From Alphaproteobacteria bacterium (GTDB lineage Bacteria > Pseudomonadota > Alphaproteobacteria > SP197): 64,000 nt of DNA. The stretch lies in assembly GCA_965228895.1 (NCBI GenBank), contig OZ245842.1, forward strand, positions 3,872,001 to 3,936,000, in the 5' to 3' direction. The notes under the pieces were generated by a model. It was not told where the DNA came from, did not search any database, and saw nothing but the letters and a program-made list of their open reading frames with translations. Shown here piece by piece: positions 53,592-62,600 of this stretch (its first letter is position 1; the number at the start of each line of letters is the position of its first letter). The translations under genes and the position numbers were made by a program.

Positions 53592-55379
53592 GTGACCGGC
53601 GACCAGATCGCAATCAGCGTCATCATCCTGGTAGCAGCAGCGCTGTTCATCTGGGGCCGCTGGCGCTACGACCTCGTCGCCTTTACCGCCTTGATTGCGG
53701 CCGTCTTGACCGGCGTGGTCAACAGCACGGCGGCCTTCGCCGGCTTCGGCCATCCCGCCGTCATCACGGTGCTGGCGGTGCTCGTCATCAGCCGCGGCCT
53801 GTTTAACTCCGGTGTCGTCGACATCATCGCGCGCACGGTCGTGCGCGCAAGCGCCAGTCCCTTCCTTCACGTCACCGTGCTGGCCGGTGTCGCGGCCTTT
53901 CTATCGGCGTTCATGAACAACGTCGCGGCGCTGGCGCTTTTGATGCCGGTCGCCCTGCAATCTTGCGCCAAGGTCGACCGCGCGCCGGCTCTGGTCTTGA
54001 TGCCGCTTTCCTTCGGCTCGATTCTGGGCGGCCTTGCAACACTGATCGGCACGCCACCCAACATCATCATTGCGTCCTATCGCGCCGAGAACCTGGGCGC
54101 AGGCTTCGGCATGTTCGACTTTACACCGGTCGGCGGTGTCGTCGCGGTGATCGGTGTTTTGTTCGTTGCGCTGGTGGGTTGGCGCCTGCTGCCCAAGGAC
54201 GTCAGAAGCCGCAATGTTCCCGCCGACCTGATCGCCATCGAAAACTACGTGACCGAAGCCAGCGTTGGCGAAGGTTCGAAGGCGATAGACCAACCGATCC
54301 ACGAGCTCGACGATACGCTGGAGGAACACGACACGCGGATCATCGGCCTGATCAGACAAGGCCGTCGCATCCTGAGTGCGGCGCGGCGCGAACACGTGCG
54401 CGAAGGCGACGTACTGATGCTTGAGGCAAGCCCCGAAGGTATCGCGGCCGCTGTCGCGGATCTGAAACTGGAACTGGTCGGCGACAAGGGTCAGGCAGCC
54501 GAACTCTTGACCGGCGCGAACGCCGTGATGGTCGAGGCCGTGGTTCAGCCACGCAGCCGGATCGAAGGCCACACGCCCAGCAGCCTGAGTCTGGGCCGCC
54601 AACACGATATCAATCTGTTGGCCGTATCACGCCAGGGCAGACCCCATCGCGGCCGCCTGCGCTCGTTCCGCTTCGAAGCCGGCGACGTTCTCCTGCTACA
54701 GGGCGAAAGCGAGGACATCCATACGGCGCTTGGCCGGCTCGGCTGTCTGCCTTTGACCATGCGCGAGGTTTCCATCGGCAAGCGCCGCATGATCCTGCCG
54801 GCCTTGGGTCTGTTCGTCGCCGCCGTCGCCGCCGCGGCGATGGGTCTTGTTGCCATCACCATCGCGTTTTCCGCCGTCATGATCGCCATGGTCTTGTTGC
54901 GCATGGTCAGCCTGCGCGAGCTCTATGACGCCGTCGACTGGCCCGTGCTGGTTTTGCTGGGCGCCATGATCCCGGTCGGCGGCGCGCTCGAGTCAACCGG
55001 CACGACAGCGCTCATCGCCAATGCCATCCTGTCTCTGGCGGGCGATCTCTCGCCGCTCATCCTGCTCGGCCTGGTTCTGGTCGTCACGATGACGCTGTCG
55101 GACATCATGAACAACGCAGCGACCGCCATCGTCATGGCGCCGATCGCCGTCGGCATCTCCAGCGCGTTGGGCGCCAACGCCGATCCGTTCTTGATGGCTG
55201 TCGCCATCGGCGCGTCCTGTGCGTTCCTGACACCCATCGGCCACCAGAACAACACGCTGATCATGGGTCCCGGCGGCTATCGGTTCGGCGACTACTGGCG
55301 CATGGGACTGCCGCTGGAGATCCTTATCGTTGTCGTTGCCGTGCCACTGATCTCGGTCGTCTGGCCCCTGGGAATCTGA
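53592..55379 (+). CDS. SLC13 family permease with TrkA-C domains
   Basis: SAFMNN, LIGTPPN, two internal TrkA-C domains, FLTPIGHQNN...GGYRFGDYWRMG. Confidence 0.9.
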   Translation: MTGDQIAISVIILVAAALFIWGRWRYDLVAFTALIAAVLTGVVNSTAAFAGFGHPAVITVLAVLVISRGLFNSGVVDIIARTVVRASASPFLHVTVLAGVAAFLSAFMNNVAALALLMPVALQSCAKVDRAPALVLMPLSFGSILGGLATLIGTPPNIIIASYRAENLGAGFGMFDFTPVGGVVAVIGVLFVALVGWRLLPKDVRSRNVPADLIAIENYVTEASVGEGSKAIDQPIHELDDTLEEHDTRIIGLIRQGRRILSAARREHVREGDVLMLEASPEGIAAAVADLKLELVGDKGQAAELLTGANAVMVEAVVQPRSRIEGHTPSSLSLGRQHDINLLAVSRQGRPHRGRLRSFRFEAGDVLLLQGESEDIHTALGRLGCLPLTMREVSIGKRRMILPALGLFVAAVAAAAMGLVAITIAFSAVMIAMVLLRMVSLRELYDAVDWPVLVLLGAMIPVGGALESTGTTALIANAILSLAGDLSPLILLGLVLVVTMTLSDIMNNAATAIVMAPIAVGISSALGANADPFLMAVAIGASCAFLTPIGHQNNTLIMGPGGYRFGDYWRMGLPLEILIVVVAVPLISVVWPLGI

Positions 55380-55382
55380 GTC

Positions 55383-56633
55383 ATGACACTCAACGTCCAG
55401 AGCGCTCTTGGCCTTGTTGTCCTGATCTTTATTGCCTGGCTCCTGGGCGGGGCCAGGAAGAAAGGTGCGCTCAAGATCGTCGCCGTCGGTGTCGGCCTCC
55501 AGTTCGTTCTGGCGCTGATTCTGCTGCTCATCAAACCGATACGCGATGCGCTCTCCTTGGTGACCGACGCCGTCGAAGCGATGGCGGCGGCGACCGAGGC
55601 CGGGACAACCCTGGTTTTCGGTTATCTGGGTGGCGGCGCGACACCGTTCGAGGTGAGCAATGCCGGGGCCATGTTCATCCTGGCGTTCCGCGGCCTACCG
55701 CTCATCCTCCTGGTCAGCGCGCTCAGCGCTCTGCTGACCCACTGGCGCATCCTGCCATGGATCATCCAGGCGATCAGTCGCGTCTTGGAGAAGAGCTTCG
55801 GCATCGGCGGCGCGGTCGGCCTGGCGACCGCCGCCAACATCTTTATCGGATCGGTCGAAGCACCGTTGTTTGTCCGTCCGTATCTGGCGCGTATGACACG
55901 CAGCGAACTCTTCGTCCTGATGGTTGGCGGCGCGGCAACCATCGCCGGAACGATGTTTGTCATCTATGCCACCATTCTGGGCGCCGCGGTATCAGACGCC
56001 GCCGGAAACCTACTCGTTGCCTCTGTCATGAGCGCGCCGGCGGCCATCATGGTCGGTCTGCTCATGCTGCCGGAGACCGAAGCCCAGACCAGCGGCCATG
56101 TCGCCGTGACCTCCGAGGCAAGCGGCGCCATGGACGCAATCGTCCAGGGCACCGAACAGGGCATCAAGATCGTGCTCGGCGTCATTGCCATGCTGATCGT
56201 GCTCGTCGCCCTGGTCAGTCTGGTCAATCAGATCCTCGGCCTATTCCCGGATGCCTGGGGCGCACCGTTGTCGTTGCAGCGCCTTCTGGGCTACGCGCTG
56301 GCGCCCCTGGCCTGGTTGCTCGGCATTCCGTGGGCGGAAGCGGAAACCGCCGGTCAGCTTCTCGGGACCCGGGTTATCTTGACCGAGTTCGTCGCCTATC
56401 TGGATCTGGCCGCCCTGCCCGCCGGCACGCTGACCGAACGCAGCGAGATCATCCTGACCTTCGCCATGTGCGGTTTCTCCAGTCTTGCCGCGCTCGGCAT
56501 CATCATCGGCGGCCTGTCGGCCATGGTGCCCAGCCGGCGCGCCGAGATCGTCGCGCTCGCGCCGCGCAGCATCCTGGCCGGCGTCATCGCGACATCCCTG
56601 ACCGGCTGCGTCGTCGGGGTTCTGATCTCCTAA
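55383..56633 (+). CDS. Concentrative nucleoside transporter (NupC/CNT family)
   Basis: ANIFIGSVEAPL, ATIAG, EFVAY, FAMCGF. Confidence 0.92.
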   Translation: MTLNVQSALGLVVLIFIAWLLGGARKKGALKIVAVGVGLQFVLALILLLIKPIRDALSLVTDAVEAMAAATEAGTTLVFGYLGGGATPFEVSNAGAMFILAFRGLPLILLVSALSALLTHWRILPWIIQAISRVLEKSFGIGGAVGLATAANIFIGSVEAPLFVRPYLARMTRSELFVLMVGGAATIAGTMFVIYATILGAAVSDAAGNLLVASVMSAPAAIMVGLLMLPETEAQTSGHVAVTSEASGAMDAIVQGTEQGIKIVLGVIAMLIVLVALVSLVNQILGLFPDAWGAPLSLQRLLGYALAPLAWLLGIPWAEAETAGQLLGTRVILTEFVAYLDLAALPAGTLTERSEIILTFAMCGFSSLAALGIIIGGLSAMVPSRRAEIVALAPRSILAGVIATSLTGCVVGVLIS

Positions 56634-56661
56634 ATCGACCGTTTGTTTGTTGGCCTTGCTC

Positions 56662-56704
56662 TTGACTCAATCGATATATCTAGATATCTAGAAATATCGA
56701 TTGA
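56662..56704 (+). promoter_or_regulatory. Promoter (-35 TTGACT) overlapped by a 38-bp near-perfect palindrome; probable ArsR operator
   Basis: TCAATCGATATATCTAGATATCTAGAAATATCGATTGA (56667-56704), one mismatched pair, AT-rich, just before RBS AAGGAG. Confidence 0.8.
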
Positions 56705-56720
56705 CCCGAAGGAGACCACC

Positions 56721-57125
56721 ATGCGTCTGCACATTTCGATGCAGGTTAAGGAATTCGACAAAGCCATCCGCTTCTACTCGGGCCTGTTCGGCCAGGCGCC
56801 GACGGTGACGCGCGACAACTACGCCAAGTGGGATGTCACCGACCCCAACGTCAACTTCGTCGTTGAAGCCCTGGGCAACGAAGTCCGCGTCGACCACCTG
56901 GGCATTCAAGCGGAGACCAAGGACGAACTGACGGTGCTGGCCGGGCGCATGCGCGAGAGCGGGCAGCCGTTCCTCGATGTCGAGAACGCGCAGTGCTGCT
57001 ACGCGGATCTCGACAAAGCCTGGGTCAAGGGCATGGCCGGCGAAAAATGGGAAGCCTTCTTCACCCACGGCCAGTCGGAGCAGGAATACGGCGAAGACCG
57101 CGAACACTTGCTTGATATCATGTGA
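56721..57125 (+). CDS. arsI: ArsI/CadI family VOC metalloenzyme (C-As lyase-like), copy 1
   Basis: RLH, YAKW...P.VNF, DHLGIQ, CCYA, WEAF; RBS AAGGAG. Confidence 0.8.
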   Translation: MRLHISMQVKEFDKAIRFYSGLFGQAPTVTRDNYAKWDVTDPNVNFVVEALGNEVRVDHLGIQAETKDELTVLAGRMRESGQPFLDVENAQCCYADLDKAWVKGMAGEKWEAFFTHGQSEQEYGEDREHLLDIM

Positions 57126-57168
57126 CGTCAACACCGTCACAGCCGATCACAAGCAAGGAAGTCATCAC

Positions 57169-57975
57169 GTGGAAACGAATCAAACCGATACCGTCGCTTC
57201 GAGCCAAGGACGTTTGTCCGGCAAGAACGCCATCGTCACCGGCGGCGCCGGCGGCATGGGCCGTGCCGCGTCCGTGCTGTTTGCGCGCGAGGGCGCTGCC
57301 GTCACGATCCTCGACATTCAGAAAGAAGCCGGTGAAGAGACAGTCGACGAGATCGAGCAAGCTGGTGGACGGGCGCAGTTCGTCGAGACCGATGTCACCG
57401 ACACCGGCCAGATCGTTCGTGCTTTCGACAAGGCAACCACGACTTACGGCGAACCGGACGTGTTGTTCAGTCACGCCGGCACCATCATCGTGAAACGTTT
57501 CCACGAAACGACGGACGATGACTACGACCGCCTGATGGCGATCAACGCCAAGTCGTCCTTTCTGTGCTGCCGCGAAGCGATCCGGCGCTTTCTCGACGCT
57601 GGCAGGCCCGGGTCGATCGTTATCACGTCGTCGATCGGCGGCGAAAAAGGTTTCGCTCTGGAAAGCGTCTACTGCATGTCGAAAGGCGCGGTGCTGCAGC
57701 TCGCACGCTCGATATCCAGTGAATACCGGGACCAGGGCATTCGCTGCAACGCGGTCTGTCCGGGTTTCGTGAAAACGGCGCATGGCCTGCGCGAAATCGA
57801 TGAACTCGATGGTCTGGGACAGACCTGGGAAGAGGCCGCGCTTGCCGAATCGCAAGTCCGTATCTGCGAGCCCGAGGAAGTCGCCGCGGCGGCGCTTTAT
57901 CTGGCCTCAGACGACGCGAGCTTCGTCAACGGCACAGCGCTCTATGTCGATAACGACTGGTACGCGAAAGGCTAA
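57169..57975 (+). CDS. Short-chain dehydrogenase/reductase within ars-type operon
   Basis: TGGAGGMG, SHAG, YCMSK, NAVCPG; GTG start after AAGGAAG. Confidence 0.9.
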   Translation: METNQTDTVASSQGRLSGKNAIVTGGAGGMGRAASVLFAREGAAVTILDIQKEAGEETVDEIEQAGGRAQFVETDVTDTGQIVRAFDKATTTYGEPDVLFSHAGTIIVKRFHETTDDDYDRLMAINAKSSFLCCREAIRRFLDAGRPGSIVITSSIGGEKGFALESVYCMSKGAVLQLARSISSEYRDQGIRCNAVCPGFVKTAHGLREIDELDGLGQTWEEAALAESQVRICEPEEVAAAALYLASDDASFVNGTALYVDNDWYAKG

Positions 57976-57998
57976 CCCATGCACATCCGGCAAACATT

Positions 57999-58253
57999 GT
58001 GAGTGAAGAAAGCGTCAGGGCGTTTGTGCTGCAGGCGCGCGACGACGAAACGCTCAAGGAATCCATGCGCCACGTCGGCTCATCCGATGACGTGGTCGCG
58101 CTTGCCGTCACAGCCGGTCACAGGTTTTCGGCCGACGACTTGGACAAGACCAACGTCGACCTGGCGGCCGAAGATCTGACGAAACTTGCCGTCCGCCGGG
58201 CCGGCTTCCGTGTCCAGCCTTATGGCGCGAAACACTGGTTCGGGTGGAAGTAG
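57999..58253 (+). CDS. Nif11-like leader peptide domain protein (possible RiPP precursor)
   Basis: MSEESVRAFV...DDETLKE...DDVVALAVTAGHRFSADDL...DLAAEDL matches the Nif11 (N11P) leader pattern; weak RBS. Confidence 0.72.
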   Translation: MSEESVRAFVLQARDDETLKESMRHVGSSDDVVALAVTAGHRFSADDLDKTNVDLAAEDLTKLAVRRAGFRVQPYGAKHWFGWK

Positions 58254-58298
58254 TAACTCTGGCCGCCAAAGCGTGGCCTCTGCCAATGGAGCATTTGA

Positions 58299-58619
58299 AT
58301 GTCGTTTCTTTCCCAACACTTTCCTGAGTTCACATCCACGCTTACGGAAATGGACAAGGTTTACGAACAACACCGAACGATCGACCACAAGACCGACGAG
58401 CTCATCCGTTTTGCCTTGTCGATCAAGGCGCGCTCCAAACCCTGTGTCCTCAAACACTTCAAGGGCGCGGTCGACGCCGGTGCCAACGAATACGATCTCG
58501 CCTATATCCTCGCTCTGGTGATGCGCGAGGCCGCCGGTGCCGACGACTGCTGGACCCACGATGTCATTGGCGACTGGCAGGAGGTCATTTCCGGCAAGCG
58601 CGGCTGCGGTTGTCCTTAG
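58299..58619 (+). CDS. Carboxymuconolactone decarboxylase/AhpD-like protein with four Cys
   Basis: IDHKTDELIRFALSIKARSKPCVLKHFKGAVDAGA CMD pattern; DDCW; C-terminal GCGC. Confidence 0.75.
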   Translation: MSFLSQHFPEFTSTLTEMDKVYEQHRTIDHKTDELIRFALSIKARSKPCVLKHFKGAVDAGANEYDLAYILALVMREAAGADDCWTHDVIGDWQEVISGKRGCGCP

Positions 58620-58629
58620 GAGGCATGTG

Positions 58630-59037
58630 ATGGGTGCTCTAGCGGAACAATGGGCGCAGTTGCGCGAGCTCTCGATGCGCGAGGACACGCTGGCGCTGGA
58701 AGAAGCAGCACAGGGTTTTGCCGCGGCGGGGTCGGAACCACGCCTGGAGGTGCTGCGTATCCTGATCCGCGCCGGCGAGGCCGGATTGACAATCGGCGAG
58801 GTACAAAACCGCGTGGGCTTTGCGTCCTCGACGCTGTTCCATCATCTGCGTTTCTTATCGTCGGCCGGCCTTATCGAACAGGTGAAGTCGGGCCGGACGG
58901 TGCACAACCGGGCGAACTTTGCCCGGATCGAATCGCTCGCGGCGTTCCTGCTGCACGAGTGCTGTTTCGAAGATCCCGAGTACGCACCCGACGGCAAGAC
59001 ACTCGGCTGTAAACCGCGCCGGCGTTCACAATCATGA
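58630..59037 (+). CDS. arsR: ArsR/SmtB family repressor (C-terminal CC type)
   Basis: EPRLEVLRILIRAG..GL.IG...SSTLFHHL..L..AGLI; ECC plus a further Cys; GGAGG RBS. Confidence 0.88.
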   Translation: MGALAEQWAQLRELSMREDTLALEEAAQGFAAAGSEPRLEVLRILIRAGEAGLTIGEVQNRVGFASSTLFHHLRFLSSAGLIEQVKSGRTVHNRANFARIESLAAFLLHECCFEDPEYAPDGKTLGCKPRRRSQS

Positions 59038-59056
59038 ACCCGAAAGGAGAAGACAC

Positions 59057-59497
59057 ATGAAACGGATCCACATGGGAATCGTCGTGACCGATTTCGACAA
59101 ATCGCTGAAGTTCTACTCGGACCTACTCGGCGCCAGCCCAACGCTGCTCAAGGACGGGTATGCGCGCTGGATGCTGGACGATCCCTGCGTCAACCTGAAC
59201 ATCAACGTTCAGGGTCCGGCGCCGGGCATCGATCATGTCGGTATCCAGGTCGACAGCGATGACGACGTTGCCGAAGCCGGCGAACGGTTGCGCGCCGCCG
59301 GTCATCTGGCAAAGGACGATAACGACTCGAACTGCGGCTACGCCGAACAGACCAAGGTGTGGGTCTCCGACCCCCAGGGCGTCGTGTGGGAGACCTTCCA
59401 CTCCAAGAAAGCCCTTGAGAACTATGGCGAAAATGATTTGCCCGACGACCTTATCGAAGAACTGCGCGACGGTGCCGGAGCCACAGCGCCGTCGTAG
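59057..59497 (+). CDS. ArsI/CadI family VOC metalloenzyme, copy 2 (CG instead of CC)
   Basis: KRIH, YARWMLDDPCVNL, DHVGIQV, NCGYAEQTKVWVSDPQGVVWETF; RBS AAGGAG. Confidence 0.8.
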   Translation: MKRIHMGIVVTDFDKSLKFYSDLLGASPTLLKDGYARWMLDDPCVNLNINVQGPAPGIDHVGIQVDSDDDVAEAGERLRAAGHLAKDDNDSNCGYAEQTKVWVSDPQGVVWETFHSKKALENYGENDLPDDLIEELRDGAGATAPS

Positions 59498-59682
59498 ACG
59501 AGCTGCCGGGCCGTAGAAATCCATCTGGGGCGAGCCGCGATAGGCGGCTTGCCCCAGATTGCCACAATCACACCATGGTCCAGCCGCCTTCCTGTGCCAT
59601 AAGATGGTCGGCGAAGGCATGGGGTCGCTGAAACCATCAAGACCCGCTGCAGTGCCTTCGCCGAAAATCGGGAGGGTTGGCG

Positions 59683-62600
59683 ATGACGGCACGTGGGTTG
59701 GCGACTGTCTGGTGTCTGGTACTTTTGGCCATGGGGCTATCGGGGCCGTATGCCCTGGCACAAGACACCAAGACACTTCCCAGCCTGGAGGTCACCGACC
59801 TCGCCGTCGATCCCGAGAGCGATCCCCCGCTCGCCTGCATCAGCTTCGATGAACGGCTTGCCGAGAGCGAAGGCCTCGACTGGAAGAGTTTCGTCCGCAT
59901 CGACCCGGACGCCGATATCGCCATCACGGCACGGCGCAACTTCCTGTGCCTTGAAGGTCTCAAACACGGTGAGCGTTATGACGTCACCCTGAAAGCGGGC
60001 CTGGCGGGCACCACCTCGGCGCTGGCCGAGGACGTGCCTCTGCAGATCGTCATGCCCGACCGCGCGCCGACCGTGTCCTTTGCCGCCGGCGACGATGTCT
60101 TGCCGCGCGTCGGCGTCCAGGGTCTGCCGGTCACCACGGTCAACGTCCCGATCCTCGTGTTGAAGGTGTTTCGCATCAACGAGCGCGCCGTCGCGGCGCG
60201 TGGCGGCAGCGACCTGCAGGGCGGCGAGGTCTATTCGTGGACCCTGGATGATCTCGAGAACGAGAGCGGCGAGCTCCTGTGGTCCGGCGAAATGGATATC
60301 GCCGGCACCATGAACAAGGACGTGCGCACCGCCATCCCCTTGAATGAGGTGATCGGCACCCTGGAGCCCGGTCTCTATGTCGCCACCGCCCTTGATGCCC
60401 GGCGCGCCGATGACGACTACCCGGCCTGGGAAAGCCAGCCCTTCATGGTCTCGAACCTGGGCGTGGCGACGGCGCTTGGCGATAGCGGTCTGGACGTCAC
60501 CGTGCGTTCGCTGGCCGATGCGACGCCGCTGGCCGGCGTGACCCTGGAACTGATCGCGCGCAACGACGCGGTGCTCGGCACCATCGTGACCGACGCCGAC
60601 GGGTATGCGCGCTTCGATCCCGGCATGGTGCGCGGCACGGGCGGCAATCGGCCCAAGCTGCTGACCGCGACCGACAGCGAGGGCGACTACGTCTATGTCG
60701 ACCTTGCCTCAGCCCCCATTGATCTCAGCGATCGCGGCGTCAGCGGCCGCGCGCCATCGGGCCCGCTGGACGCCTATCTCTATACTGAGCGCGGCATCTA
60801 TCGGCCCGGTGAGACCGCCCATATCACCGCCATTCTGCGTGACGAAAACGGCGCGGCGGCGTCGGACCTGCCGCTGACCTTCCGCGTGCTGCGCCCCGAC
60901 GGTCAGGAGGTCCTGCAACGCACTTCGGCTGACGACGAAGACGGCGGCCATCTGTTGACCCTCGATATCGCGGGCAACGCCTATACCGGCACCTGGACGG
61001 TCGAAGCCTATGTCGATCCGGATGGCGCGCGGGTCGGCCAGGTCAACTTCCTGGTCGACGACTTCGTGCCGCCGCGCATCGAGGTCGAGATGTCGGCATC
61101 GCCCGACGTGCTCTCGGTCAAGACGCCGGAAGCGACCGTCGATGTCGAGGCGCGGTTCCTCTACGGCAGCCCCGCCGGCAATCTGGCGGCCGAGCTCAGT
61201 CAGGTGGTCGCCAAGTCGGTTCACCCCTTCGCCGATCTCCAGGACTACTATTTCGGCCTGGCGGAAGAAAACGTGCTGCCGCGTCAGCTCGACGACATCG
61301 CGTTCACGACCGATGACGCCGGCCAAGCGAGCCTGGCGATCGCGGTACCGCCCGACGAGGGCGTTCAGTCCCCCGTCGAACTGCAATTGCGCGCGACCGT
61401 CTTCGATGTCGGCGGGCGACCCGTCAGCCGTGAGCTGACCTTACCCATCGTCCAGCAGCCGATGCTGCTCGGCATCCGGCCCAGTTTCGAGGACGATCGC
61501 GCACCATGGCGCCAACCCGCCGAATTTGATGTGATCGCTGTCGACTGGTCGGGCCAGCGCATCGACAAATCGGGCCTGCAGTGGGATCTCTTCCGCGAGC
61601 AGTATGACTGGGTCTGGTACGAGGACGACCAGTGGCAGTACCGCGGCGTTCTCTATGACCGTCATATCGCGGGTGGACGCTTCGACGCCGCCGCCGATAC
61701 CCCGGCCCGGATCGCCGCCGAAATCGACTGGGGCTGGTTCCGGCTCGAGGTCTATGATGCCGAAACAGGGATCGCCAGCAGCTACCGTTTCCGTGGCGGC
61801 TGGTCCTATGGCGTCGCCGGATCCGACGGCACGCCGGACGCGGTGACCGTTACCTTGTCCGAACAGGTCTATGCGCCCGGCGACACGGCCGCCGTCTTCG
61901 TTCAGCCGCCGTTCGATGCCGAAGTCGAGATTGCGGTCATGGATAGCGGCGTACGCGACATCATGCGTGTGGCGGTGCCCAAAGAAGGCATGGAGATCAG
62001 CCTGCCGATCGAGGCCACGTGGTCGCCCGGCGTCTACGTCGTCGCGACCGCCTATAACAAGACGCCGATGGCCGACGAACTGATTTCGCGGCGCGCCATC
62101 GGCGCGGTCTGGATGGCCGTCGAGGAACCCGACCAGCGCCTGACGGTGACGATCGATGCACCGGACTCGATCGAACCCACCCAGACACTGGCCGTCCCGA
62201 TCCAGGTGTCCGGTCAGGCCGCCGGCACGAAAGCTTTCGTGACCCTGGCCGCCGTTGATGACGGTATCCTGCAGCTGACGCGCTTCGACGCGCCAGACCC
62301 GGCGAGTTACCTGCTGGACCAACGCCGTCTGGGCGTCGATCTACGCGACATCTACGGCCGGCTGATCGACCCCAGCGCCTCGGCACTCGGTCAGCTGCGC
62401 TCCGGTGGCGACATGATGCGCGGCGCCGGCGTCGGCTCGCTGCCGCAACGCTCCAGCAAGGTCGTCTCGCTCTTCTCCGGCATTGTCGAAACCGATGCGG
62501 ACGGGCGCGCGGTCATCGAGCTCGACATCCCCGACTTCAACGGGCGGCTGAAACTGATGGCGGTCGCGTGGACCGTGGCCGGCGTCGGCGCGGCCGCCGT

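Noticed and set aside
55757-56665. 302-aa Arg-rich alternative-frame ORF
   Set aside because: Off-frame overlap of the nucleoside transporter; composition typical of GC-rich frame artefacts
58625-58630. ATG-TGA minimal ORF overlapping the arsR start
   Set aside because: Could be a start-stop regulatory element but is equally explained by chance; no supporting evidence
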